This document shows positions 29,206-38,745 of a stretch of 64,000 nt of DNA, one piece after another. The notes beneath the pieces are model-generated. The model saw nothing but the letters and a program-made list of their open reading frames with translations. It was not told where the DNA came from and made no database searches. Location: contig JAJZIL010000001.1 in the NCBI GenBank assembly GCA_021810605.1, forward strand, positions 67,412 to 131,411, written 5' to 3'. This DNA is from a bacterium. GTDB lineage: Bacteria > Patescibacteriota > Dojkabacteria > JAKAPS01 > JAJZLI01. Position 1 is the stretch's first letter, and each line of letters begins with the position of its first letter. Position numbers and translations under genes: made by a program.

Positions 29206-30636
29206 TTAATTTATCTCATTCCATGAAAGTATCTGAGTTGTTCCAGAGATAATATTAAATCCTGTAGTGGCATTAATTATTGTAGGATCTAGTGTTATCT
29301 GAGTTCCATTTATTGCGTTATAGTCACTATAATATAAGTTATTAATATTAAGGGATCCACCTGCCCAAATGGCTCCATTTATATTAATTGTAGAATTTCC
29401 ATCATTGGGTGTTACATCTGAAGGCATATCAATATCATCATTGATAGATATATTACCAGGAGTATATATTACTCCTGTGACATTGAATTCTAGATTTGTT
29501 CCATTGACTCCAATATAGATACCTTGATTTCCAGCTACTAGTGCAGGAAGATATTTTCCAGATGAAGGGGAGTATGGAGAAGTATCGATAAAACTTGCAT
29601 TTGTAGAGATTCCATTTTTAGACAGTAAAGATGAGTTTGTAAAGTTATATACAATAGGATTTCCTGCACTGTCTGTAGTGGGGAGATTTAAAGAATTAGA
29701 GTTTACATAATAAACTCCTGCAGGAGGAGTAATAGTATCAATTCCTGAGGATACATTAGAGTACCCTTGTAAATAAGATTCAAAGCTAGGTGTCGAATTG
29801 AAATATGTTCCGTTACTTTGAGCTAGACTAATCCATTGAGCTAATGGAAATGTAGGAAGGTTAATCTGAGGAGGAGGAGCAAGATTAACTATTGAACCAA
29901 TAGTTGAGTTATTTATTAAACAAGAAGATCCACCCCAGTATGTAGAATTATTACAAGAAATTTGTCCTGCAAGGTTAGAATTATATATCCAACTAAATAG
30001 ATTTGTACTAAGATTAAATATAGAGTTAGTATTTGTATTATTAACCTGCCAGAAATAATTTCCAAAACCATTTCCATTGCCAACAGAATTTATATTATCA
30101 GAATTGAAATTAACTTGAAAGAATTGCAATTCATTATTTGATTGTACATTTCCCTGAACTTGAAACCATTCTCCGGCTATATAATTATTTGCAAATAATG
30201 CATAATTAAGTATTGGTGGATTTTGCCCCATCTGTATTACAACTTGTAAACTTCTTTGAATTGCTATATTACTACTAGATCCATATTGATAAGCTTGAGC
30301 AATAGATACTATTGTAGCTTGTTCTGGAGATACAGATGTATTATATGTAACAGTTACATTATCTGACCCATTAATTTGAGCATCTATGGGGGATACAAAA
30401 GCTCCTCCTGTGAAACTTGAGCCATTTTCTCCAATTTGTAACATCGCATTTTCAACCCCTGATTCAGCTAGATATTTTACTTGTGAATCCAGTATGTCAT
30501 TTTGAGAAAGTTGATACTCAGAAGTTGCTATTGTTAAAATTGTTGTCATAACAGTTAAAAGTACTGCAGTTAAAACTATAATTGCAATTATTGCAGCCTG
30601 TCCTCTATTGTCTTCTTTGTGTTGCTGTTGTTTCAT
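29206..30636 (-). CDS. PilX-like large minor pilin, putative tip adhesin
   Basis: RG|QAAIIAII leader lacking Glu5, YLAESGVENA (PilX N-terminal motif), YALFA and terminal SWNE. Confidence 0.8.
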   Translation of the reverse strand: MKQQQHKEDNRGQAAIIAIIVLTAVLLTVMTTILTIATSEYQLSQNDILDSQVKYLAESGVENAMLQIGENGSSFTGGAFVSPIDAQINGSDNVTVTYNTSVSPEQATIVSIAQAYQYGSSSNIAIQRSLQVVIQMGQNPPILNYALFANNYIAGEWFQVQGNVQSNNELQFFQVNFNSDNINSVGNGNGFGNYFWQVNNTNTNSIFNLSTNLFSWIYNSNLAGQISCNNSTYWGGSSCLINNSTIGSIVNLAPPPQINLPTFPLAQWISLAQSNGTYFNSTPSFESYLQGYSNVSSGIDTITPPAGVYYVNSNSLNLPTTDSAGNPIVYNFTNSSLLSKNGISTNASFIDTSPYSPSSGKYLPALVAGNQGIYIGVNGTNLEFNVTGVIYTPGNISINDDIDMPSDVTPNDGNSTININGAIWAGGSLNINNLYYSDYNAINGTQITLDPTIINATTGFNIISGTTQILSWNEIN

Positions 30637-31105
30637 ATGTTTTTTTAGTTATAATACCACTTGTACCTACATTAGATTCTGTAATATTTACAAGTATTGT
30701 AGGAGAGATTCCTGTGTTAGCTTCTTCACTAAATGATAAATCATATGTATATATATTTGAAGAAGATATCTGTTCAGGAGTATTATTATCATATTGAGAG
30801 TAAATAATCCCATTTGAAGAATAAAACATAATTTTATCTCCTCCTGAGTCTGTTTGTACTATTAAATCATTAGTTGTAGTATTAGTTGGATTTGGAGTCA
30901 ATACTTGATATCCATCTTCAACTGTTTGAGTTATCTCTTTCATACTTATCCTTATAGTATCATTTGCGTTAGCAATTGTTGTTATTTTATTTTGTGTAGA
31001 TATTAAATCTACAAGTATTGTAGTAGTTACAATAATAATAATCCCTAATATTAGTACATAAAGTATAGTTTCAATAAGTGTTTGTCCATTATTATTATTT
31101 CCCAT
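30605..31105 (-). CDS. Minor pilin (PilW/GspJ-like)
   Basis: NG|QTLIETILY leader; start set to MGNNNNG. Confidence 0.82.
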   Translation of the reverse strand: MGNNNNGQTLIETILYVLILGIIIIVTTTILVDLISTQNKITTIANANDTIRISMKEITQTVEDGYQVLTPNPTNTTTNDLIVQTDSGGDKIMFYSSNGIIYSQYDNNTPEQISSSNIYTYDLSFSEEANTGISPTILVNITESNVGTSGIITKKTYETTATQRRQ

Positions 31106-31107
31106 AA

Positions 31108-31602
31108 TTAAAAGGATTGCCAATTAGTTAAATATTCAGTCTCTGAGTAAGAAAAATTTTCTCCAAATGAGTTGAAGGATACATTTGCAGTAACTTCCAT
31201 AGAATTTGTATCAATTGGTTGTGTGGTATCTGTTGTAAATGTATTGGAATTTGATCTATATGCTGGAGCAATTACAACATCAACAGTATACTCATTATAT
31301 GTTTCTGATCCTGGAACAAGTTCCCATCCTTGTACTATGTGGGGTGTAGCATTCGTTGGATTATATTGAAGATAATATTCTCCTGCAACAAGATTTGACC
31401 ATGATTGATTCTGTACTGCATAAAGACTCTCTATTTGTTGTTGTAGTAAATATTTTGCTTCTAATTTTTGTTTTGATATTTCTATCGATTTATATACTAG
31501 TTGTACTGAAAAAAGGGAAGATCCAAAAATTATAGCTATAATAGTTATAGTCAAAAGTAATTCAATAAATGCTTGTCCTTTATTATTAATATACTGCTCC
31601 AT
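31108..31602 (-). CDS. Minor pilin (PilV/GspI-like)
   Basis: KG|QAFIELLL leader; AKYLLQQQIE; terminal YLTNW. Confidence 0.82.
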   Translation of the reverse strand: MEQYINNKGQAFIELLLTITIIAIIFGSSLFSVQLVYKSIEISKQKLEAKYLLQQQIESLYAVQNQSWSNLVAGEYYLQYNPTNATPHIVQGWELVPGSETYNEYTVDVVIAPAYRSNSNTFTTDTTQPIDTNSMEVTANVSFNSFGENFSYSETEYLTNWQSF

Positions 31603-32038
31603 TATTATTTATATTCATTAATATAAAATAACTTGAGTTTCCTATATCAAAGGATACTCCAGAGTTAGTAAGTTGTCCATTTACAGAGTTAAATATAATT
31701 GGATTATTTTCTGAAGGGGTAAGATTATAAAGTGTTACCTCAGGAGGAAAATAATATGTATCATTAGCACTATTAGTAGAAGAATAGTTGTTTCCAGGAA
31801 ATAGGGTAATTTGATTAGTTTGGAATTCTATTCCATACTGACTAAATCCTGCAAGATTATCAAGTGCATCATCTTGAGCTTCTTTTATCATTGAATATAC
31901 GTTTTGATTTGCACTATCTACATTTGTATGGGTAAGTAATGTCAGATAAGAGAATCCTATGAGCAATGACATTATACCTAGTATTGTTATTACTATTAAA
32001 ATCTCTATGAGTGTAAATCCTTTATTTTGCTGGTGCAT
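31586..32038 (-). CDS. Minor pilin (FimT/GspH-like)
   Basis: KG|FTLIEIL leader; AQDDAL, YGIEF; AGGAGG SD inside the pilC 3' end supports start 32038. Confidence 0.85.
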   Translation of the reverse strand: MHQQNKGFTLIEILIVITILGIMSLLIGFSYLTLLTHTNVDSANQNVYSMIKEAQDDALDNLAGFSQYGIEFQTNQITLFPGNNYSSTNSANDTYYFPPEVTLYNLTPSENNPIIFNSVNGQLTNSGVSFDIGNSSYFILMNINNNGAVY

Positions 32039-33278
32039 TTCCTCCTGCTCCACTTGCTGCGGAAGTCCCTGAAGTACTTCCGATACTTCCTGTCATCTGA
32101 TATATTGGTGCTATTACTGAGAGTGCTATCAAAAGGACTCCACCTCCCATAACAAATAACATTAAAGGTTCAATTATTACTGACAGATTTGCTAAAGTAT
32201 CATCTACTTGGTTTTGATAAAATTCTGCAACGGAAAGAAGCATTTCAGAAGTATTCCCAGTTTTATCTCCAACAGCAATCATTCTTGTAGCAAGATTAGG
32301 AAAAAGTTTTGGATATTTTGATAAAGTTGGAGATATTTGATCTCCTCTCTCTACACTAGCTCCTAACTCAATTATGATTTTTTTATATGCTTCATTTGAT
32401 ACAGTATCTTTTACAATAGTAATGGATTGATTTATAGGAATTCCACTTTTAAGAAGATTTCCTAATGTTCTTGAAAAATTTGTTACATTTATTTTTTTTA
32501 TAATCTCTCCTACTATTGGGATTTTTACGGAGATAACATTCCATGCATATTTTGCTTGTGGAAGTCTTAGAAGTGCTCTAAATACAAATATAAGGATAAT
32601 AATTAATATTAATACCTCTAATCCATAATGAGTAAGAATATTAGATAAATCTATCATTATTTGAGTAGGTAGAGGGAGAGATTCTCCACTTCCTTTAAAA
32701 AGACCACTTAACTGAGGGAATACAAAAATTATTAATCCTATTGAAACTATAAGCATTATGCTTACTATGATTGCAGGATACATCAAAGCTCCTATAACTT
32801 TTTTTCTTAAATCATAACTTTTTTGTACTTGATCTTTAATAAGAACTGTGTTTTCAGAAATAGTACCACTAGTCTCTCCAATTTCCATCATTTTTACTAT
32901 CAGTGGTGTAAAGATATAAGGATATTTTTTCATAGTATCAGAGAGCTTATTTCCAGATTCTACATTATATTTTAAATCTTCAATAACAGTTTTAAATACC
33001 TTGGTTTCTGCATCTTGTACAAGGGAGTCAAGTGTATCTGCTAGTGAGAGTCCTGCTGTAAGCATTTTTCCCATATGGTCAAAAAAAAGAAGCTTTTCTA
33101 CTAATTTTACCCTTCCCTTTGTTGCATTCTTTGTCTTATCTTTGCTCTCCTCAATTGAAAGAATTGTAAGATTTTCAGATCTGATGATCTCCATTGCTTC
33201 ATCTTTTCCAGATGCACTAACAGTACCTTTTTTAACATCTCCTTGTAGATCTGTAGCTTCATAAATAAATTCTGCCAT
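32022..33278 (-). CDS. pilC: Type IV pilus platform protein PilC/GspF
   Basis: FIYEATD, GETSG, ALMYP, LLKSGIPI and IEPLM motifs; two T2SSF repeats. Confidence 0.95.
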   Translation of the reverse strand: MAEFIYEATDLQGDVKKGTVSASGKDEAMEIIRSENLTILSIEESKDKTKNATKGRVKLVEKLLFFDHMGKMLTAGLSLADTLDSLVQDAETKVFKTVIEDLKYNVESGNKLSDTMKKYPYIFTPLIVKMMEIGETSGTISENTVLIKDQVQKSYDLRKKVIGALMYPAIIVSIMLIVSIGLIIFVFPQLSGLFKGSGESLPLPTQIMIDLSNILTHYGLEVLILIIILIFVFRALLRLPQAKYAWNVISVKIPIVGEIIKKINVTNFSRTLGNLLKSGIPINQSITIVKDTVSNEAYKKIIIELGASVERGDQISPTLSKYPKLFPNLATRMIAVGDKTGNTSEMLLSVAEFYQNQVDDTLANLSVIIEPLMLFVMGGGVLLIALSVIAPIYQMTGSIGSTSGTSAASGAGGNAPAK

Positions 33279-33380
33279 ACTTAAAATATATAGATTTTAG
33301 CTTATAAAAGCAAGTTATTTTTATATGATTAGATGAGTTATAACTTTATGATTAACTCTTATGATATAATTTAAAATTAT

Positions 33381-34019
33381 ATGGATGAGCAAAGTATAGA
33401 GAATATACCAAAAGAGGTTCTGACTGAACAGTATAAACAACTTTTGATAGAGGTAGATTCACTCAAGAAGGATTTATCTGTTAGTCAAGTAAAATTAAAG
33501 GATAATTCTGTACAGATAGAAATTCTTTTAAGACAAATTGATAGGTTAAGACATGATGGAAAAATAGATAAAATGACAAATCTATTTAACAATAATTATC
33601 TTGAAGACAGCTCTGTTGTCTCTGAATTAGAGTCATTATCAAAGAATGGTATAGATTTTGGTATAATTTTTATAGATTTAAATGATCTTAAAAAAATAAA
33701 TGATTCAAAGGGACATAAAGAAGGAGATAAATATATAATTGAATCTTCTAAAGCATTAGTGGAAGTAATTTCTGCTAGAGATACAGTTGTAAGAAAGGGG
33801 GGAGATGAATTTGTAGTTATTGTAAGGCATATTAATTCAGAATATTTACCAAATATAGAAAATACAATTTTAGATAGAATAAAACTATCTTTTTCAGAAA
33901 AGGGTATTAGTGCATCTTTGGGTTTTGCATTATCTTCTGAATGTGGTCATAGTCTAAAGGATACAATAAATTTAGCAGATCAGAGGATGTATATTGTAAA
34001 AAAGGAAGCAAAAAAATAA
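33381..34019 (+). CDS. Diguanylate cyclase (coiled coil plus GGDEF)
   Basis: DKMTNLFN, DLNDLKKINDSKGHKEGD, RKGGDEF and ADQRMY motifs. Confidence 0.93.
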   Translation: MDEQSIENIPKEVLTEQYKQLLIEVDSLKKDLSVSQVKLKDNSVQIEILLRQIDRLRHDGKIDKMTNLFNNNYLEDSSVVSELESLSKNGIDFGIIFIDLNDLKKINDSKGHKEGDKYIIESSKALVEVISARDTVVRKGGDEFVVIVRHINSEYLPNIENTILDRIKLSFSEKGISASLGFALSSECGHSLKDTINLADQRMYIVKKEAKK

Positions 34020-34249
34020 ATATATAAAATACTATATTTGAAGATTTAAATAATTAACTTTATATTTCATATTACTCATAATATATATATGCTATCTGTA
34101 ATAATAGTATTATTACAGAATTTTATCTAGCAGGAATATCTATTCTAAATATCTAAATTAAATCTACTGTGATAGGAATAACTTCAAATTTGCATTGTAT
34201 TTATAATACTATCATAATAGATAAACATAAATATAAATATAGATATTTT

Positions 34250-35503
34250 ATGCAATTAGATAAGAAATTAAAGAAAATAAAAAGAGTAGTAATACTAGGT
34301 GCTGGTTTTGGTGGAGTGAATCTATATAGATCACTTCATAAATTAGTACATGGAGATAAAGATTGGGAATTTGTAATAATTTCTGATAATAATTATTTCC
34401 TTTTTACACCTCTTATCCATGAAGTTGCAACGGGGTCACTTTTCCCAGAAGATTTAGTTTTTCCAATAAGAGAGAATTTTTCATGCTGTGTAAGAGAGGT
34501 AATTGTAGATAAGGTTATATCAATTGATGCATATAAAAAAAATGTTATTCTTAAAAATGAAAAGATTTCTTTTGATTATTTAGTTATATCAACAGGTGCT
34601 TCTGTAAATTATTGGGGGATTGAAGGAGCTTTAGAAAATTCAATTCCTCTTTATGATATAAAAGATGCTATAAAATTAAAAAATAATCTTATTTCTGTTT
34701 TTGAAAAGGCTAATGAAGTTAAACAGAAGAGTATAAAAATAGTTATTGTTGGTGGAGGGGCTACTGGGATAGAGCTTGCTACAGAAATAGTGGAATTTGT
34801 GGAGAGAATGAAGCCATTTTATGAAAATCTGAAAATATTAGATACAAAGATAAAGGTTGAGATACTTAATTCTTCTACAAAATTTATCCCTAATTTCCCG
34901 GATAAAGTAAGAAAGAAAATATTATCTATTTTATCAAGAGAGGATAATGATCTTTCAATACTTCTAGATTCTAAAGTCATGAAAGTAGATAGTAGTAGTG
35001 TATATCTTTTAGATAAGAGGAAGTTAGATTATGATCTTCTAGTTTGGGCTGCGGGTGTAAAACCTAATACTCCAAAGATTAATATTGATAGTGTAAAAAC
35101 TGATGAAAGAATTAAAGTAGATAAATATTTTAATATTAAACCATTTAAAAATATATTTGCTATTGGAGATGTTGCTGATTTTAAGGATATTAACGGGAAC
35201 TCTCTACCTCAATTTGCTCAAATAGCAGAAGAAGAGGGTAAGATTTGTGCAGAAAATATATATAGGATATCTAAAAAACTATCACCTATATCTTTTGAGT
35301 ATAAAGGAAAAGGGTTGCTACTTTCATTAGGACGTAATAATGCTATAGTGTCTTTAAAAAATGTAATATTTACAGGAAAAACTGCTTGGATACTATGGAA
35401 ATTTATATATTTAGGGTTAATGTTTGGAAAAGGAACTAGATTAAGGGTATTTAGTCAATGGATTATAAATAGTTTATCTCCTAGGAATATCTCTAAGATT
35501 TAG
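34250..35503 (+). CDS. ndh: Type II NADH dehydrogenase
   Basis: LGAGFGG, FTPLIHEVATG, VGGGATGIELA, WAAGV, AIGD and PQFAQIA motifs. Confidence 0.9.
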   Translation: MQLDKKLKKIKRVVILGAGFGGVNLYRSLHKLVHGDKDWEFVIISDNNYFLFTPLIHEVATGSLFPEDLVFPIRENFSCCVREVIVDKVISIDAYKKNVILKNEKISFDYLVISTGASVNYWGIEGALENSIPLYDIKDAIKLKNNLISVFEKANEVKQKSIKIVIVGGGATGIELATEIVEFVERMKPFYENLKILDTKIKVEILNSSTKFIPNFPDKVRKKILSILSREDNDLSILLDSKVMKVDSSSVYLLDKRKLDYDLLVWAAGVKPNTPKINIDSVKTDERIKVDKYFNIKPFKNIFAIGDVADFKDINGNSLPQFAQIAEEEGKICAENIYRISKKLSPISFEYKGKGLLLSLGRNNAIVSLKNVIFTGKTAWILWKFIYLGLMFGKGTRLRVFSQWIINSLSPRNISKI

Positions 35504-35614
35504 AGAAAATCTCAATATTATACACTTTAGTATAATAATTTGTACTCAATATTTTATGCTTTAATATTTAAATTTGGTTGCAAAATTTTATTACTTAGTG
35601 CACAATATAAGTAT

Positions 35615-37039
35615 ATGGATGATAATCTTATACGGAAAACACTAGATTTTTATAATCCATTTTGGAGAAATATTTTATCTATAGAAAATACACCATTATA
35701 TAGAAGGGATATATATGACAGTATATTTATATCAGTTAAAGAGATAAAACAGATAATTTCAATAACTGGACCAAGAAGAGTGGGAAAGACGACTATACTT
35801 CGTCAGATCATATTTGATCTAATTAAAGAGAATGATGTAAGTCCACTAGATATAATATATATATCAATGGATGATCCATATATATACTCTAATTCTTCAG
35901 ATCCAATTTTTTTTGATAGACTAATCGAAGTATATGAAAAATATATCTTAAGAGAAAAAATACAAAATAGAACTATATATTTCCTTATAGATGAGATTCA
36001 TAAATTTAAAGATTGGCAACTATTTTTAAAGAAATACTATGATAGAGGTATAAATATAAAATTTATTATATCAGGGTCAGTTGAACAGTCTATATTGGGA
36101 AAAAGTAAGGAATCTTTAGCAGGAAGAATCAAGAATTTTAAAGTATATACTTTTTCATTTTATGAGTATATATACTATAAACTTTCTTTTGATGATAAAG
36201 TCGATATACTGAAAAAAGAGAATATATTAAAGCTAATTTTAAAAATTCATGATTTAAAAAAGAATATTTTTATAAATCCACTAATTTTTTTTGCTGATCT
36301 AGACCAAATACTTCCAGATTTTATCTTTTATGAAGATGAAATATTTAGATACTTTTATGAATATCTAATTATAGGAGGATTTATAGAGAGTTGGAGTATT
36401 GATAGTAAGGATATGCAATATGAATATCTATATCAAACACAAATTGAAAAGGTATTGCTACAGGATATATATATATTAGAAGATATTAAAAATACAAAAA
36501 TTCTTGCAACTATGTTTTTTAAATTTTCTGAAAATTTTGCTTCAGAATTTAGTCTTAACTCATTAGTAAAAGATATTGGAGTACATAGAGATACAATTGA
36601 AAGATATATTACTCTTCTTAAAGATTCTAATTTGATTTTTTCACTTTCTAAATATGGAGAGAATGCTAGTAAAATATCTAATATTAAAATATTTTTAGTT
36701 GATATTGGTATAAGAAATAGTATATTAAAAATAAAAGAAGAAGAGATTGTAGGAAATAAGATATTATTTCTTAAATATATTGAAAACCTATCTTTACTTT
36801 CAATAATACGTTATTCAAATGCATTAGGTATAAACTACTATAGAGAAAGAGAGAAAGAAATTAATTTTATACTTAATTATTCTTCTGGTAATATTGCTAT
36901 AAACCTAGATAATATGAAGAAAAGTCTTTTTGATAAATTTAAATTTGATTATATATTTAATCTTATTGGAGAAACTCAGATAAAAAAGGATAGTAATATA
37001 ATATCAATACCATATATAATATTTCTTCTTTCTTTGTAA
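35615..37039 (+). CDS. AAA_14 ATPase with DUF4143-like C-terminus
   Basis: GPRRVGKT, LIDEIH, ISGS, ESLAGR, YLIIGG and KIFLVDIG motifs. Confidence 0.88.
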   Translation: MDDNLIRKTLDFYNPFWRNILSIENTPLYRRDIYDSIFISVKEIKQIISITGPRRVGKTTILRQIIFDLIKENDVSPLDIIYISMDDPYIYSNSSDPIFFDRLIEVYEKYILREKIQNRTIYFLIDEIHKFKDWQLFLKKYYDRGINIKFIISGSVEQSILGKSKESLAGRIKNFKVYTFSFYEYIYYKLSFDDKVDILKKENILKLILKIHDLKKNIFINPLIFFADLDQILPDFIFYEDEIFRYFYEYLIIGGFIESWSIDSKDMQYEYLYQTQIEKVLLQDIYILEDIKNTKILATMFFKFSENFASEFSLNSLVKDIGVHRDTIERYITLLKDSNLIFSLSKYGENASKISNIKIFLVDIGIRNSILKIKEEEIVGNKILFLKYIENLSLLSIIRYSNALGINYYREREKEINFILNYSSGNIAINLDNMKKSLFDKFKFDYIFNLIGETQIKKDSNIISIPYIIFLLSL

Positions 37040-37074
37040 ATTATTTGAATAGAGCATACTTTCTTAATATAAAA

Positions 37075-38745
37075 TCACTCTTTTACTACTCTTAGTACCT
37101 CTTCTATTGATGTGAGTCCTTCAGATGCTTTTGCAAGGCCATCTTCTATCATAAGACTCATACCATTTGATTGAGCTATTTTTTGAATAACCTCTCCACT
37201 TTCTTTTTTTGTAATTAATTCTTTTATTTTATCGTTAATTTCTAATATCTCATATATACCAATCCTACCTTTATATCCATTATTACAGTATTCACAACCT
37301 ACTGCTTTATAATATTTATTATTTGTAACTTTTTTACCAACTCCTTTTTTTTCATATTGTTCAGAGAGGATACTTAACTCTTTTGCATCCATTTTATATT
37401 CTTTTTTACACGTATTACATAATTTTCTTACTAACCTTTGTGCAATAACAACATTAAGAGTTGAGGCTACAAGAAAAGATTCTACCTGCATATCTATAAG
37501 TCTAGGAATTGCCCCAGATGCATCATTGGTATGTAGAGTAGATAGAACTAAATGTCCAGTCATTGCAGCATTAATAGCTATGTCTGCAGTTTCATTATCT
37601 CTAATTTCTCCAACCATGATAATATCAGGGTCTTGTCTTAAAAAAGATCTTAATCCATTTGCAAAGGTCAGTCCAATGTTGGCAGAGACCTGAGTTTGGT
37701 TGACTCTAGGCATAGTATATTCAATTGGATCTTCAACTGTATTAATATTAACTTCTGGTGTATTTAGCTGAGATAATATAGTATAGAGAGTTGTACTTTT
37801 TCCTGATCCAGTAGGTCCTGTTACTAATATCATTCCAACAGTTCTTTTTATAGAATCTTTAATTTTTTCTAAATCTCCTCCTCTAAAACCAAGTGCTTCT
37901 AGATTATATGATTTAGCATTATCTTCTAAAAGTCTTGTTACTACAACCTCTCCAAAATATACAGGCATAGTAGATACTCTAAAAGATATCTCTTGGTCAT
38001 TAACTAGTGTTTTAAATCTTCCATCTTGAGGAAGTCTATGTTCATCAATTTTAAGGTTAGATAATATTTTAATTCTTGCAACAACTGCCTTATGTATATC
38101 TAATGAATATGTTGCTTGATCGTGTAGTATTCCATCTATTCTATATCTTATAACAGCTCTTTCCTCTAAAGGTTCTAGATGTATATCAGATGCACCCATT
38201 GTTTTTGCGTATTCTAATATAGTATTCGTAATATTAATTATAGGTAATGCCTCAGTATCTTCACTTTTTACATCTTTGGACTCTTTCTCATTTTTTTCTA
38301 TAATATTTTTTAATTCTTCTTTTATTGAAGTTTTATATAATTTTAATCCTTCAAAAAAAGATGTCTCTGTTATAAAGTAAGGATCAATTATATAACCAGT
38401 TCCTTTTTTTAGAAACTCTATTGTATTAATATCTCTTGGATTAGTCATTCCTATCTTTAAAGTAGATTCACTCTTATCAAATGCTATAATTTTTTTCTCA
38501 ATAGCAATTTTTTCTGGGATTATTTTTACTGTTTCAGGATTAATTGTTTTATGAATTAGCGATGTATGTGGGATTGAGTACTCTTTAGTAATCAAATTTC
38601 CTAATTCTTCCTCTGTTATAAGGTTACTACCTATGACTAATTCTTCAATAGAACTTGAAATTTGCTTAGATTTCTCTTCTAATTTCTCATACTCCTCTTT
38701 ACTGGTATAATTATTTTTTATAAGAAGTTCTTTGATATCCATCAC
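37075..38745 (-). CDS. pilB: Type IV pilus assembly ATPase PilB/GspE
   Basis: ASDIHLEP, RLPQDGR, GPTGSGKSTT, EDPIEY, LRQDPD, TGHLVLSTLH and tetracysteine Zn motif. Confidence 0.96.
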   Translation of the reverse strand: MMDIKELLIKNNYTSKEEYEKLEEKSKQISSSIEELVIGSNLITEEELGNLITKEYSIPHTSLIHKTINPETVKIIPEKIAIEKKIIAFDKSESTLKIGMTNPRDINTIEFLKKGTGYIIDPYFITETSFFEGLKLYKTSIKEELKNIIEKNEKESKDVKSEDTEALPIINITNTILEYAKTMGASDIHLEPLEERAVIRYRIDGILHDQATYSLDIHKAVVARIKILSNLKIDEHRLPQDGRFKTLVNDQEISFRVSTMPVYFGEVVVTRLLEDNAKSYNLEALGFRGGDLEKIKDSIKRTVGMILVTGPTGSGKSTTLYTILSQLNTPEVNINTVEDPIEYTMPRVNQTQVSANIGLTFANGLRSFLRQDPDIIMVGEIRDNETADIAINAAMTGHLVLSTLHTNDASGAIPRLIDMQVESFLVASTLNVVIAQRLVRKLCNTCKKEYKMDAKELSILSEQYEKKGVGKKVTNNKYYKAVGCEYCNNGYKGRIGIYEILEINDKIKELITKKESGEVIQKIAQSNGMSLMIEDGLAKASEGLTSIEEVLRVVKE

